This document shows positions 46,304 through 59,325 of a stretch of 64,000 bases of DNA, one piece after another. This DNA is from Calditrichota bacterium (GTDB lineage: Bacteria; Zhuqueibacterota; Zhuqueibacteria; JANLFK01; Oleimicrobiaceae), in NCBI GenBank assembly GCA_014359355.1, contig JACIZP010000177.1, positions 662-64,661 of the forward strand, given 5' to 3'. The notes beneath the pieces are model-generated. The model was not told the DNA's origin, did not search any database, and worked only from the letters and a program-made list of their open reading frames with translations. The position numbers and the translations under genes are program-made. Within the stretch, counting starts at the first letter, position 1; each line of letters opens with the position of its first letter.

Positions 46304-47974
46304 ATGATGAATCGCATCGCAGAGCAGTTGCAAAAGATTGTCGGCGAGGATTACCTCTTTACCCCGGAGCGGCCGGAGTACTGGGCCTACACCTTTGGCG
46401 ATGCCACCATGTATCGCTCCCGCCCGGACTATGTGGTCTACCCCGGTTCAATCCAGGAGATCCAGGCGGTGGTAGAGCTCGCCGGGCGTCACAAGGTCAA
46501 GGTAGTACCCGGTGCCGGGCTCACCGGCCTGTCGGGGGGTGCCCTGTGCGATGGCGGCATCCTCCTCAACCCATCGCGCTTGCGCCAGGTGTTGGACATT
46601 GACCCCATCACCCGCACCGTGGTCACGCAGCCGGGCATCAGCTGCGCCGAGCTCAATCGCCGGTTAGCGCCCTTTGGCATGGTCATTCCGGTGGCGCCTG
46701 CCTCGCACGAGATTTCCACCATCGGCGCCAACATCGCCGAGTCATCAGGGGGCACTTGGGGCATGTCCAAAGGCACGTTCAAGAACTATCTCTTGGCGCT
46801 GAAGGCAGTGGACGGCAAAGGCCGCCTGTTCAGCGCCGGGCACCGCTGTCCCAAGGAGAGCACCGGCCCGAACATAGTGGGCCTGATGATCGGCTCCGAG
46901 GGGACGTTGGGCATCATCGTCGAGATGACCTTCCGCTGCGACTTTTTGCCTGAGGACACCTGGACCATCCGTTGCAGCTTCCGCGACGAGTCGGTGTTGC
47001 AACAGATTCACGAAGCGGTGGCTAAGGCGCGCATCAACCTCTTCTCCTTCGAGTACATGGACACGAAGATGATGGCCTGCTTTGGCAAACAGAACATGCT
47101 CCTCCTGTTCCAGACTGCCGGCGGACCGCATGAGGCCAAGGAGAACGCGGAAAAGTTAGTGGCCGTGCTCAAGGCCCTGGACCCGCTGGAGCTCCGCTAC
47201 ACCAACGACCCCAAGGAGGCAGACGAGCTCTATGCGGAGCGCCGGAGCTGCCTGGGGGCAATGGCCAAGTTCAAGCGCGAAAAGCCGGTGATCGTGCAGT
47301 TCGACCCGGTGCTGCCCATCGCCAAGTTTGCGGCGGGGGTACGCAAGATGCGGGAACTGGCCGCGCGCGAGGGGTTGGAACTCATCATCTACGGACACGC
47401 AGGCGACGGCAACCTGCATCCCAGCTTCATCGTGCGCGACTGCCAGGAGGATAAGGAGAAGGCGGCACGCGTGGTGCGCGAGTTCGACGCCTGGATCGAG
47501 GCAGAGGGCGGCTGTTTTGCCGGCGAACATGCCATCGGCAACTTCTTAGGCAGATGCGAGGAGCAGCTCAGCCCGGACATCGTGGAGTACGTCAAGGGCA
47601 TCAAGAAGGCCTTTGACCCGCTGGGCATCCTCAATCCTGGCAAAGTCTTTGACGTGCAGGCGCCGAGCTTAGCGGTGGACCCGGTGCTGCCGCAGTACCA
47701 GGCCATCTACGAGCTCAGCAAGCTCTGCTGCAAGTGCCACCTGTGCAAGAACGACAGCCCGCGCTTCAAAGAGGTGCCGTTCGAGCACCACACCATCCGC
47801 GGGCGGATTGCCATGATCGACGCTGCGGCGCGCGGCAAGGTGTCGTTCGCGGCCATCAGGCCCTTTGTGGAGGAAATGCGCCCGTGGACGACCAACATGA
47901 ACTGTCCCACCTTCATGAAGGAAGAAATGGGCAAGCTGATTGACTTGGCCATCCAGGCAGGGAGGGCGGCATGA
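46304..47974 (+). CDS. FAD-linked oxidase (GlcD/D-lactate dehydrogenase family) with Cys-rich C-terminal extension
   Basis: FAD_binding_4 'VVPGAGLTGLSGGA', 'GPNIVGLMIGSEGTLGII'; C-terminal CCKCHLC...CPTF cluster suggesting Fe-S/CCG-like tail. Confidence 0.7.
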   Translation: MMNRIAEQLQKIVGEDYLFTPERPEYWAYTFGDATMYRSRPDYVVYPGSIQEIQAVVELAGRHKVKVVPGAGLTGLSGGALCDGGILLNPSRLRQVLDIDPITRTVVTQPGISCAELNRRLAPFGMVIPVAPASHEISTIGANIAESSGGTWGMSKGTFKNYLLALKAVDGKGRLFSAGHRCPKESTGPNIVGLMIGSEGTLGIIVEMTFRCDFLPEDTWTIRCSFRDESVLQQIHEAVAKARINLFSFEYMDTKMMACFGKQNMLLLFQTAGGPHEAKENAEKLVAVLKALDPLELRYTNDPKEADELYAERRSCLGAMAKFKREKPVIVQFDPVLPIAKFAAGVRKMRELAAREGLELIIYGHAGDGNLHPSFIVRDCQEDKEKAARVVREFDAWIEAEGGCFAGEHAIGNFLGRCEEQLSPDIVEYVKGIKKAFDPLGILNPGKVFDVQAPSLAVDPVLPQYQAIYELSKLCCKCHLCKNDSPRFKEVPFEHHTIRGRIAMIDAAARGKVSFAAIRPFVEEMRPWTTNMNCPTFMKEEMGKLIDLAIQAGRAA

Positions 47975-49119
47975 AGATTGTCGTTGCCCCGGATTCGTTC
48001 AAAGGGAGCCTGTCGGCCCTGCAGATTTGCGAGGCCATGGAGCGCGGCATCAAGCGCGTGCTGCCGAAGGCAGAGGTCGTGAAGATCCCGATGGCCGACG
48101 GCGGGGAGGGCACCGTACAGGCTCTGGTCTCCTCCACCGGCGGGCACATTGAGAAGGTCACCGTGGTGGGGCCGTTGGGCGAGCCGGTGGAGGCGGAGTA
48201 TGGCATCCTGGGCGATGACCAGACGGCGGTCATCGAAATGGCAGCTGCCTCTGGCCTGCCGCTGGTGCCGGTGGCGAAGAGGAATCCGGTGGTCACGACC
48301 ACCTTTGGCACCGGGCAGCTCATGCGCGCGGCCTTGGCGCACGGCTGCCGGCAGCTCATCGTCGGCATAGGCGGCTCTGCCACCACCGACTGCGGCACAG
48401 GGATGGCGCAGGCGCTGGGCGTGCGCTTCTACCGCAGCGACGGCAGCGAAATCACCGACTATATGTGCGGCGGCCTCATGGCGGAAGTGGCGCGCATCGA
48501 CCTTTCCGGCAGGCTGCCGGAGCTGCTCCAGGCCACCGTCACTGTGGCCTGCGATGTGGACAATCCCCTGCTCGGCCCGCGCGGTGCGGTCATGACCTAT
48601 TCCCGGCAGAAAGGCGCCACCGACGAGCAGCTGGCCCTGCTGGAGAAGAACATGACCCACTTTATCGGCGTGGCGGAGCAGACGATCGGCCGTTCGGTGC
48701 GTGACCTGCCGGGTGCCGGTGCCGCCGGTGGACTGGGCGCGGGCTTGATGGCCTTCGCCAATGCTACCTTGCAGCCAGGCGTGGCCATTGTCCTGCGCGC
48801 CTCGCGCTTTGCCGAACGCATCAAGGGCGCTGCCCTCATTCTGACCGGCGAGGGCAAAGTCGACTTCCAGACCGCCTATGGCAAGACCATCAGCGGCGTG
48901 GCGGCAGAGGCGCAGAGGCAGGGGATCCCGGTGATCGTTTTGGCCGGAACGGTGGAAGACGAGGCGGAGAACTTGTACGAGCGGGGGGTGGTGTCGCTAT
49001 TTTCCATCTGCCCGGGGCCAATGAGCTTGGAGGAAGCTATGCAGCAGTCGGCGACCCATGTGGAAAAGGGTGCCGAAAGAATCGTGCGTGCCCTCAAAGC
49101 AGTCAACCTCAAGGACTGA
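47971..49119 (+). CDS. glxK: Glycerate kinase
   Basis: 'MKIVVAPDSFKGSLSA...MADGGEGT' and 'GIGGSATTDCGTGMAQALG' glycerate kinase family I motifs; ATGA overlap with upstream oxidase. Confidence 0.85.
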   Translation: MKIVVAPDSFKGSLSALQICEAMERGIKRVLPKAEVVKIPMADGGEGTVQALVSSTGGHIEKVTVVGPLGEPVEAEYGILGDDQTAVIEMAAASGLPLVPVAKRNPVVTTTFGTGQLMRAALAHGCRQLIVGIGGSATTDCGTGMAQALGVRFYRSDGSEITDYMCGGLMAEVARIDLSGRLPELLQATVTVACDVDNPLLGPRGAVMTYSRQKGATDEQLALLEKNMTHFIGVAEQTIGRSVRDLPGAGAAGGLGAGLMAFANATLQPGVAIVLRASRFAERIKGAALILTGEGKVDFQTAYGKTISGVAAEAQRQGIPVIVLAGTVEDEAENLYERGVVSLFSICPGPMSLEEAMQQSATHVEKGAERIVRALKAVNLKD

Positions 49120-49173
49120 GGGAGGTGCTCAGCGGCAATTAGGGACGGTCTTCCCTACCCTGGCATATTGTGC

Positions 49174-50031
49174 CTAGGGCCTCGCCGCCGGCGGGAGCAC
49201 CTCGGCGTAAAAGGCCTCCTGTAGGCGGCGGGTCACCGGCCCGGGCCTGCCCTCGCCCACCACCAGGTCGTCGATGCGCACGATGGGGGTGATCTCCACC
49301 GTGGTGCCGATGAGCATCGCCTCGTCAAAGTGCGCAAGTTCAGCGCGCGGGATGGGCAGTTCCTTGGCTGGGATGCCCAGCTCCTGGCACAGGCGCAGAA
49401 CCACCGCCCGCGTTACCCCAGGCAGGATCAGGTGCGAGAGCGGCGGGGTGTACAAGGTGCCGTCCTTGACAAAGGCGACGTTGCAGTGCGTACCCTCGGT
49501 CATGAAGCCGTCGCGCGCCCAGATGGCCTCCACTGCCCCCTGGTCAATTGCCCGCTGCCTGGAGAGCACATTGGGCAGCAGGGCGATGGACTTGATGTCG
49601 CAGCGCAGCCAGCGGATATCGTCTTCCAAAATCACCTTCACCCCCTGTTCGATCTCCTCCCAGTGCGGCTTGAAAGGCGAGGTGCTGATGTAGACGGTGG
49701 GGGGCGTACCCGGCGGCGGGAACCAGTGCCGCCGTGGCGTGTAGGCCCCGCGGGTCACCTGCAGGTAGGCAATCGCCTGCTGCTCGTCGTGGTTGTTCTC
49801 CTCCACCAGCCGCTGCATGATCTGTGGAAAAGCCCCAAGGTCCGGCGCATCGATGCGCAGCTCACGCAGCCCGCGCGCCATCCGTTCGAGGTGGGCCTCC
49901 GTCTGAAAAAAGGCCCCGTAGTAGCAGCGGACTACCTCGTACACGCCATCGGCAAACTGAAAGCCCCGCTCATAAGGGGGCAGGCACACCTCTTCTTCCT
50001 GCATGTAGTGGCCATTGTAGTAGACGAGCAT
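49174..50031 (-). CDS. Class IV (fold-type IV) aminotransferase (branched-chain/D-amino-acid aminotransferase family)
   Basis: 285 aa; 'FQFADGVYEVVRCY' and 'EGTHCNVAFVKDGTLYTPP...ILPGVTR' fold-type IV motifs. Confidence 0.65.
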   Translation of the reverse strand: MLVYYNGHYMQEEEVCLPPYERGFQFADGVYEVVRCYYGAFFQTEAHLERMARGLRELRIDAPDLGAFPQIMQRLVEENNHDEQQAIAYLQVTRGAYTPRRHWFPPPGTPPTVYISTSPFKPHWEEIEQGVKVILEDDIRWLRCDIKSIALLPNVLSRQRAIDQGAVEAIWARDGFMTEGTHCNVAFVKDGTLYTPPLSHLILPGVTRAVVLRLCQELGIPAKELPIPRAELAHFDEAMLIGTTVEITPIVRIDDLVVGEGRPGPVTRRLQEAFYAEVLPPAARP

Positions 50032-50070
50032 GCGGAGTCCCTTTCGGCGTGGTCGATGGTGTCACACGTC

Positions 50071-53000
50071 CTACAGTCGGCCAGCCAGAACCACCGTGGC
50101 TCTGGCGGTTTCCACGGTACCGGCTGCGGCGTTGAGCGCTTCCAGGTAGACGATGTACACCCCGATACGTGCCTGCTGGCCATGATCGTCCCTGCCGTCC
50201 CACACCACCGCATTGGAGGCGGCCACCGGCTGGTTGCTCGCTAAGAAGCGAATGAGGCGGCCGGTGACATCGTAGATCTTGACGTTCACGGCAGCCGTGG
50301 TCATCGGCAAGGCGAACGAGATGACGGCAAAGTCGTCGCGCCCGTCGCCATCTGGCGAAAAGGGCGAGGGCGAGACGCTGAGCGTGGTGCGCGGCGGTAC
50401 CACCATGGTGAGGACGCTGTTGGCACGGCCTGGCGTCCCCCCGGTCTTGTCCACGCACGAGCTCCAATTGGACTTCAGCTGCGAAGGCAGGCTTGGGTTG
50501 ATTCTTTCGAGCGAGACGCCCGTATCTCCGCCCCAGCTCTGGTCGTAGGCCACACTGTCGATGACCGTGCCCTGGGGGTCGTAAACGACCACGGCGTCGC
50601 CAGTCGCGGAGAGCGCAGGCCATGAGGGTACTACCAGCAGCAGACTTTCGCCGAGCTCGCCCGCCTTTGCTAAGGAAGAGTCTTCGGCAAGCAGCACAAA
50701 GCCGCCGGGCGGCACGAGCAAGAGATTGCTGCTCACCACCCGGCGCTTGGCCAGGTCCGCATCGGAGAAGAGCCACTTCTCCAAGTTTACTGCCGCCTCG
50801 CTGCGATTGTACAGCTCCACCCACTCGCCCATGCCGCTGAGCGGCGCGTACATGATCTCGTTGACCACCAGCGTCCCCCTGGCAAAGCCCACCATCAGTT
50901 CAGCCACGGCGATGTTGTTGGCCGGCCTCATGTCGCCTGCACAGGTCACCAGCACGCCGATCCACATGACGCCAGCCGGGGCTTCGCGCCATTCCACCTC
51001 CACCGACCGGCACTCATCAGGGGCCAGTTGTGCTATGTCGACCGGTTCCCCCAGTCGCTCGCCCGGCGCAAATACCGTATCCCGGTTGGCGTCCCAGAAG
51101 AACTCCACCCGCACGTGCTCGGCGGGCGCCCGACCTTCGTTGCACACCTGGGCCTGAAGCCGCACGCTTTCGCCAACACGAGGTTGCTCGGGGAGGAAGG
51201 AAAGCCCGGCACCAGCCACACCAACGTCCACCGTCAAGGGGCTCACGCTGTTTTCTGTCCCAGGGGTGGCTCCTTCGGGGGCAGTGCTCAGCCGCCAGTT
51301 GGCGCTGTCCTGCGAGCCCCACTCGTAGCGCACCCGCTCCAGGGAAACGCCAGTGCGCATCCCCCAGCGAGAAAAGTAGTGCACGCTGTCCACCACCACG
51401 CCCGCGGGGTCGTACACCCGCACCTCATCCTGGTCATTGTTGAGCGCGGCCCACCCCTGCTTCACTGTCAGCAGGGGCGCAGGAAGCTGGCCGTACTGGA
51501 AGCGCACTACAGAATCGGCGGCGACCACCGCAAAACCACCCACTGGCACGCGCACGTGGGTGGTGCCGAAAAGCCGCGGACCGGAAGTGGCATCGCCCAG
51601 TCCCCAGCCGTAAAGGTCCACCTCGCTAGGTCCGGCATTGTAGAGCTCAACCCACTCACTCTGCCCGGAGAAGGGTGCGTACATAATCTCATTGACCAGC
51701 ACCTGCCCCACGGGAAAGGCCACCACCAATTCCGCGAAACGGCGGTCATTGTCCGGCCGCTGGTCATTTGGGCAGCTCGCCGCCACTGCGATGCTGTGCA
51801 CTCCTGGCGGCACTCCTTCCCAGCGGAAGAGCAAGGTCTGCTTCGCGCCACTGGCCAACTCGCCCACCACCTGTGGCGCATCCAGCCGTTCCGCAGCCGT
51901 CAGCACGGAGTCGCCGTCTGCGTCCCAGTAGCAGCTCACCTCCACGCCGGCCACCGCCTGGCGGCCTACATTGCGCACTGCCGCAGCGATCGTCACCGAT
52001 CCCTGCGCACGAGGCACAAACGGCGCCCACTGAATCGACCCCGCCACCACCTCGACGTCCACCGCCAGGGGACTCACGCTGTTCTCCAGGCCTGGCGTTC
52101 CGCCGCGTGCGTTCACCGCAGCACGCCAATTGCTGGGCAGGTTGGACGGCTCTTCCGCGCGCACCCGTTCCAGGGACACGCCTGTTCGCACCGGCCCCCA
52201 AGAAGCAGCATAAGCCACGCTGTCGATGGTTGCCCCTGTCAGATCGCGAACAACCACCAGGTCGGCGTCGTTGTTGAGGGTCGGCCATTTGCTGCCGATC
52301 GTCAGCAACAGGCCGCCAAATTCCGGAAAGTCCCTCTTCATCGTCGTGTCTTTGGCCACGACCAGGTACCCGCCTGGCGGTACCACGATGTGGCGGTCGG
52401 TGAGGCGCACCAGTGTTCCGACGTTCTCGTCGCTCACCGTCCAGTCATAGACGTCCACACCGCTGTCACGAGGGTTGAATAGTTCTATCCACTCGCACGC
52501 GCCGGACTGGGGTTGGAACATGATCTCATTGATGATGAGGTCTCCGCTCTGGAAAGGCACGCGATACTCCCCGTACGCCATGTCGTCGGAGGTGTCAGGA
52601 TCCGCCACCTCAACCAGTCGAGCAATGATGCGGCTGAGCCCAGGGGCAGCGGCTCCCAGCTCGACGCTGCACAGCAAAGAGTCGCCGCCTGCCAGGCCCG
52701 CCAAGGGACAGGAGAGGCCCACCAGCTCCTGCGCGCCGGGCTTGAGGTCATAGTCCGCGTCGCGATAGAAGGCGACCATGCCGCTCTCCGCCGTATCCAT
52801 GCCGTGATTGTAGACCCACACCGAGGCGCGGACCGTTTGCCCATAGCGAGGCTGTGGCGGCTCAAACTGCACCCCGGCAGAACCAAGTCCAACATGCTTG
52901 TCGCGCGGACGGATGCTATTCGGGGCATTGGGCGTACCGCCCAACGGCGCCCGGCAGGGACCCCAGTTCTTGCGACTGTTGGTTGGCCAGTCTGGCCTCA

Positions 53001-54312
53001 CCCGCTCTATGGACACGCCCGTCTCGCCACCCCAAGAGGCGAAGTAGTACAGGCTGTCCACCGAAAAGCCTGCGGCATCCCAAATCACCACTGCATCGCT
53101 GGTGTTGTTAAGAGCAGGCCAGCCCCGTCCCGGCACAAACACCGGGCCGGACAAAGTGGGAAAGAGCGCCCGAACCAGGGTGTCCTCTGCGAGCAGGGCG
53201 AAGCCGCCAGGAGGGAGGAGCGCCTTTGTGCTGGTGACCGTAACTCGTGTAGCAGTGCGGGAATCGCTTAGCGACCACAGCCGCAGGTCGATCACCTCCG
53301 GGCTGCGGTTTAGGATCTCCACCCACTCGGGCTCCCCTGCACTTGGCCGGTACATGACTTCGTTGACCACCACCTCGCCGGGCCACACGCCGACGCCAAG
53401 GGTCACCCTCTGCTGGTCGTTCTCCGCGGAGCTGTCGCCTTCGCCCACCACCCGCGCAAGTAGCTGGTGCACTCCAGCCGGCACCTCATGCCAGGTGAAC
53501 CGTGCCACCGCACTGTCGCCTGGCTGCAGAGAGGGGCTGACAAACGGCGCTTCCAGGAGTTCCTCTTCCCTGCCGAAACCGTCCTCGTCGCGATCCAAGT
53601 ACAGGGCAATCTGGCAGCTGGCGATTTCCTTGCGGCCGGCGTTCAGCGCGACCACCGTAAGCTGAACGCTCTGGCCGCGTCGGACACGAGACGGCGACCA
53701 GACCACGCTCTTGAGCGCCAGGTCTATGGCTCCCGCGCTCACGCTGTTGGGCGCGCCAGGCGTACCCCCGAGCACCCGGCTGTTCGCCCAGTTGGCAGGT
53801 GCGTCGCCGGCTTCGAGATCGATCTTCTCGTCAGAGTACCCCTGAGGGTTGTCCAGGGTGTAGCGATAGCGGCTCACCGTGTCGCCCCTGGCGTTGGTGA
53901 GAATCACCGGTTCGGGAATGGTGTTTGACCACCCGCCGCTGCCAAAGGCGCCGTCGTCAATTTTCACAATCAATGCTTCGGCAGGGATGACGCCGTCGTA
54001 GGTGGTGGAGTTGCCGAAGTAGCTGCCGTCGAGGATGACGGCGAACTGCCGCGGCCGGAGGATGAGCCCCCACCCTGCGTCGATAATCTTGTCCAACTCG
54101 ATGCTGTCGCCAACGGCCCAACCGGCGAGGTTCACAGAATCCGTCGCACTGAGGTTGAATATTTCCACGTACTCGTCGTGGGCCTCGTTGGTGGCGGGAT
54201 CGAACATGACCTCTGACACGGTCACCTGCCCCAGGCTGCGACCTGGGCTTGCGGCCAAGATAAGGAAGGCTCCAATAACGAAGAAGCGGCGATAAAACTT
54301 TGACTCAGCCAC
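50071..54312 (-). CDS. Giant secreted protein with five lamin-tail domains (LTD) alternating with CARDB/Ig-like domains and C-terminal FlgD-Ig-like domain
   Basis: GTG start 54312 with purine-rich RBS (ORF track extends upstream into purA region); signal peptide; five repeats of NE(I/V)M(F/Y)xPxxGxxEW(I/V)ELxN...D(L/V)xxWxLxD...PPGG(F/Y)xV...ALNNxxDxVxxxDxxGxxxDSVxY...WG...GVSLERV; C-terminal 'PFSPDGDGRDD...VKIYDVTGRLIR' FlgD-Ig-like. Confidence 0.7.
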   Translation of the reverse strand: MAESKFYRRFFVIGAFLILAASPGRSLGQVTVSEVMFDPATNEAHDEYVEIFNLSATDSVNLAGWAVGDSIELDKIIDAGWGLILRPRQFAVILDGSYFGNSTTYDGVIPAEALIVKIDDGAFGSGGWSNTIPEPVILTNARGDTVSRYRYTLDNPQGYSDEKIDLEAGDAPANWANSRVLGGTPGAPNSVSAGAIDLALKSVVWSPSRVRRGQSVQLTVVALNAGRKEIASCQIALYLDRDEDGFGREEELLEAPFVSPSLQPGDSAVARFTWHEVPAGVHQLLARVVGEGDSSAENDQQRVTLGVGVWPGEVVVNEVMYRPSAGEPEWVEILNRSPEVIDLRLWSLSDSRTATRVTVTSTKALLPPGGFALLAEDTLVRALFPTLSGPVFVPGRGWPALNNTSDAVVIWDAAGFSVDSLYYFASWGGETGVSIERVRPDWPTNSRKNWGPCRAPLGGTPNAPNSIRPRDKHVGLGSAGVQFEPPQPRYGQTVRASVWVYNHGMDTAESGMVAFYRDADYDLKPGAQELVGLSCPLAGLAGGDSLLCSVELGAAAPGLSRIIARLVEVADPDTSDDMAYGEYRVPFQSGDLIINEIMFQPQSGACEWIELFNPRDSGVDVYDWTVSDENVGTLVRLTDRHIVVPPGGYLVVAKDTTMKRDFPEFGGLLLTIGSKWPTLNNDADLVVVRDLTGATIDSVAYAASWGPVRTGVSLERVRAEEPSNLPSNWRAAVNARGGTPGLENSVSPLAVDVEVVAGSIQWAPFVPRAQGSVTIAAAVRNVGRQAVAGVEVSCYWDADGDSVLTAAERLDAPQVVGELASGAKQTLLFRWEGVPPGVHSIAVAASCPNDQRPDNDRRFAELVVAFPVGQVLVNEIMYAPFSGQSEWVELYNAGPSEVDLYGWGLGDATSGPRLFGTTHVRVPVGGFAVVAADSVVRFQYGQLPAPLLTVKQGWAALNNDQDEVRVYDPAGVVVDSVHYFSRWGMRTGVSLERVRYEWGSQDSANWRLSTAPEGATPGTENSVSPLTVDVGVAGAGLSFLPEQPRVGESVRLQAQVCNEGRAPAEHVRVEFFWDANRDTVFAPGERLGEPVDIAQLAPDECRSVEVEWREAPAGVMWIGVLVTCAGDMRPANNIAVAELMVGFARGTLVVNEIMYAPLSGMGEWVELYNRSEAAVNLEKWLFSDADLAKRRVVSSNLLLVPPGGFVLLAEDSSLAKAGELGESLLLVVPSWPALSATGDAVVVYDPQGTVIDSVAYDQSWGGDTGVSLERINPSLPSQLKSNWSSCVDKTGGTPGRANSVLTMVVPPRTTLSVSPSPFSPDGDGRDDFAVISFALPMTTAAVNVKIYDVTGRLIRFLASNQPVAASNAVVWDGRDDHGQQARIGVYIVYLEALNAAAGTVETARATVVLAGRL

Positions 54313-54365
54313 TGCCCTTCTCCCCGCTCGTGCTGAACGGTAGCTGGTCTGTAGCGATGATGCGA

Positions 54366-55640
<1,275 letters not shown>

Positions 55641-55763
55641 CTATCCGACCGATTTGGGGACACGCCACCACGTGCCCATTGCGAAACAAAACTCCGAATC
55701 GGCCCCTTCCCGACCCGGAGTCCCAACCACACGCACACCTCACCGGGGCAAACCGCCTCCGGT

Positions 55764-56102
55764 CTAAGCGAAACTCTCTACTGCCTGTTCGACGCTATCG
55801 AACGTCTCAAAAACGTGGATCAGCTTGGTGATGGTCATCAGGCTGCGTATGCGCGGTGTGACGCACGCCAACTTCAGCTCGCCGCCGTTGTTACGCAGCG
55901 TACTCAGCGCGCTGATCAGCAGGCCCAATCCGGAGCTGTTCATCCACTGCACCTGGGCCAGGTCGGCGACTACCTTCCTGACGCCGGCGTCGATCAGCTC
56001 GTGGACCTTCTCGTTGAGGAGCCCTGCGTCCGGTCCTCCCATTATCTTGCCCGCCAAGGAGAGCACCGTCACTGGGCCAAACTGCCGTTCGGTGAGCGTC
56101 AT
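55764..56102 (-). CDS. STAS-domain anti-sigma-factor antagonist (paralog), downstream of secF
   Basis: 'VTVLSLAGKIMGGPDAGLLNEKVHELIDAGVRKVVADLAQVQWMNSSGLGLLISAL'; ~45% identical to 16178..16516 product. Confidence 0.75.
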   Translation of the reverse strand: MTLTERQFGPVTVLSLAGKIMGGPDAGLLNEKVHELIDAGVRKVVADLAQVQWMNSSGLGLLISALSTLRNNGGELKLACVTPRIRSLMTITKLIHVFETFDSVEQAVESFA

Positions 56103-56129
56103 CGCTCCCTCCTATTCCCCTGTGCCCAA

Positions 56130-57071
56130 TCAGGCTCGGGCCACTTCGCGGTGGAGCTTCCTGCGTTCGAGCCATCCCTGCCACGCCACGACAATAGGGC
56201 TGGCCACGAAAATGGACGAGTAGGTACCAATGGTGATTCCTATCAACAGGGCAAAGGCGAAGCCATGGATGACCCTACCCCCGATGAAAAAGAGCACGAC
56301 CAGCACCATGAGCGTCGTGAGGGCGGTGATCACCGTCCTACTCAGGGACTGGTTGATGCTGGTATTGACGATGGTGTAGATGTTCTCACGCCGCATGAGT
56401 TTGAGGTTTTCCCGTATCCGGTCAAAGACCACAATCGTGTCATTCAGGGAGTAACCAACCAGGGTCAAGAACGCCGCGACCACCACCAGCGAGATTTCCA
56501 TGTTCAGCAACGAGAAGATGCCCAGCGTGATGAGCACGTCGTGGAACAGCGCCACCACCGCACCCACGGCAAAACGGAACTCGAACCGCCAGCTGATGTA
56601 GATGAGAATGAGCAACAGCGAGATGAAAATGGCCAAGGTGGCTGCACGCCGCAACTCTGCCCCGATCTTCGGACCCACGGATTCGATGCTCAGTACCTCG
56701 TAGCTCTTGTCGGGCAGGTCCTTAGCCAGCTGCTCCTTGATTTTCTCGGCAACTTGTTCGCCGCTCAGCTCGCCCTGTTCAACGCGAATGAGGATATCGC
56801 TGCCAGCCCCGGCGCCCCGCAGTGAAGTGGAGGCCTTGATCTCTGCAGTGCCAAAACCGATCTTGGCCAACGAGGCTCGCACCTGGCCGACGCTCACCTG
56901 TTCCTTGAATTCCAGCACAATGGACGTGCCACCGCGAAAATCGATGCCGTAACGGGGTCCGCCGTGGGCGATCAGGGAAATGAGCCCCGCCAGGATGAGC
57001 ACGCCAGAAAAGGTGTAAGCTGCCTTGCGCATGCGCAGGAAGTCTATCGATGTCTGCTTAAAGAGTTGCAT
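56130..57071 (-). CDS. secF: Protein translocase subunit SecF
   Basis: 313 aa; 'IDFRGGTSIV' and six TM with 'LHDVLITLGIFSLL' SecF motifs. Confidence 0.85.
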   Translation of the reverse strand: MQLFKQTSIDFLRMRKAAYTFSGVLILAGLISLIAHGGPRYGIDFRGGTSIVLEFKEQVSVGQVRASLAKIGFGTAEIKASTSLRGAGAGSDILIRVEQGELSGEQVAEKIKEQLAKDLPDKSYEVLSIESVGPKIGAELRRAATLAIFISLLLILIYISWRFEFRFAVGAVVALFHDVLITLGIFSLLNMEISLVVVAAFLTLVGYSLNDTIVVFDRIRENLKLMRRENIYTIVNTSINQSLSRTVITALTTLMVLVVLFFIGGRVIHGFAFALLIGITIGTYSSIFVASPIVVAWQGWLERRKLHREVARA

Positions 57072-57110
57072 CTGATCTGTCTCCTTGTGATGCCGTATCG
57101 CCGTGAACCA

Positions 57111-59186
<2,076 letters not shown>

Positions 59187-59275
59187 CGACAGACTACCTC
59201 CTGAGAGGAAATAGCTCAATTTCGCTGCTTGTCACGAAGGTCACGCCGCACCCGGCGGGTGCACCACGAACTGCA

Positions 59276-59304
59276 AATATAGACCATTCCCACCTAAAAG
59301 TCAA
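59276..59304 (-). promoter_or_regulatory. Sigma70 promoter TTGACT-17-TATATT for secD-secF-STAS operon
   Basis: Minus-strand -35 at 59304..59299, 17-nt spacer, -10 at 59281..59276, ~80 nt upstream of secD ATG, between citF stop and secD. Confidence 0.55.
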
Positions 59305-59325
59305 ACGGAAAAAGGCGAGGCCGGC

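Noticed and set aside
51028-52482. 484-aa ORF on + strand
   Set aside because: Antisense to the LTD giant gene
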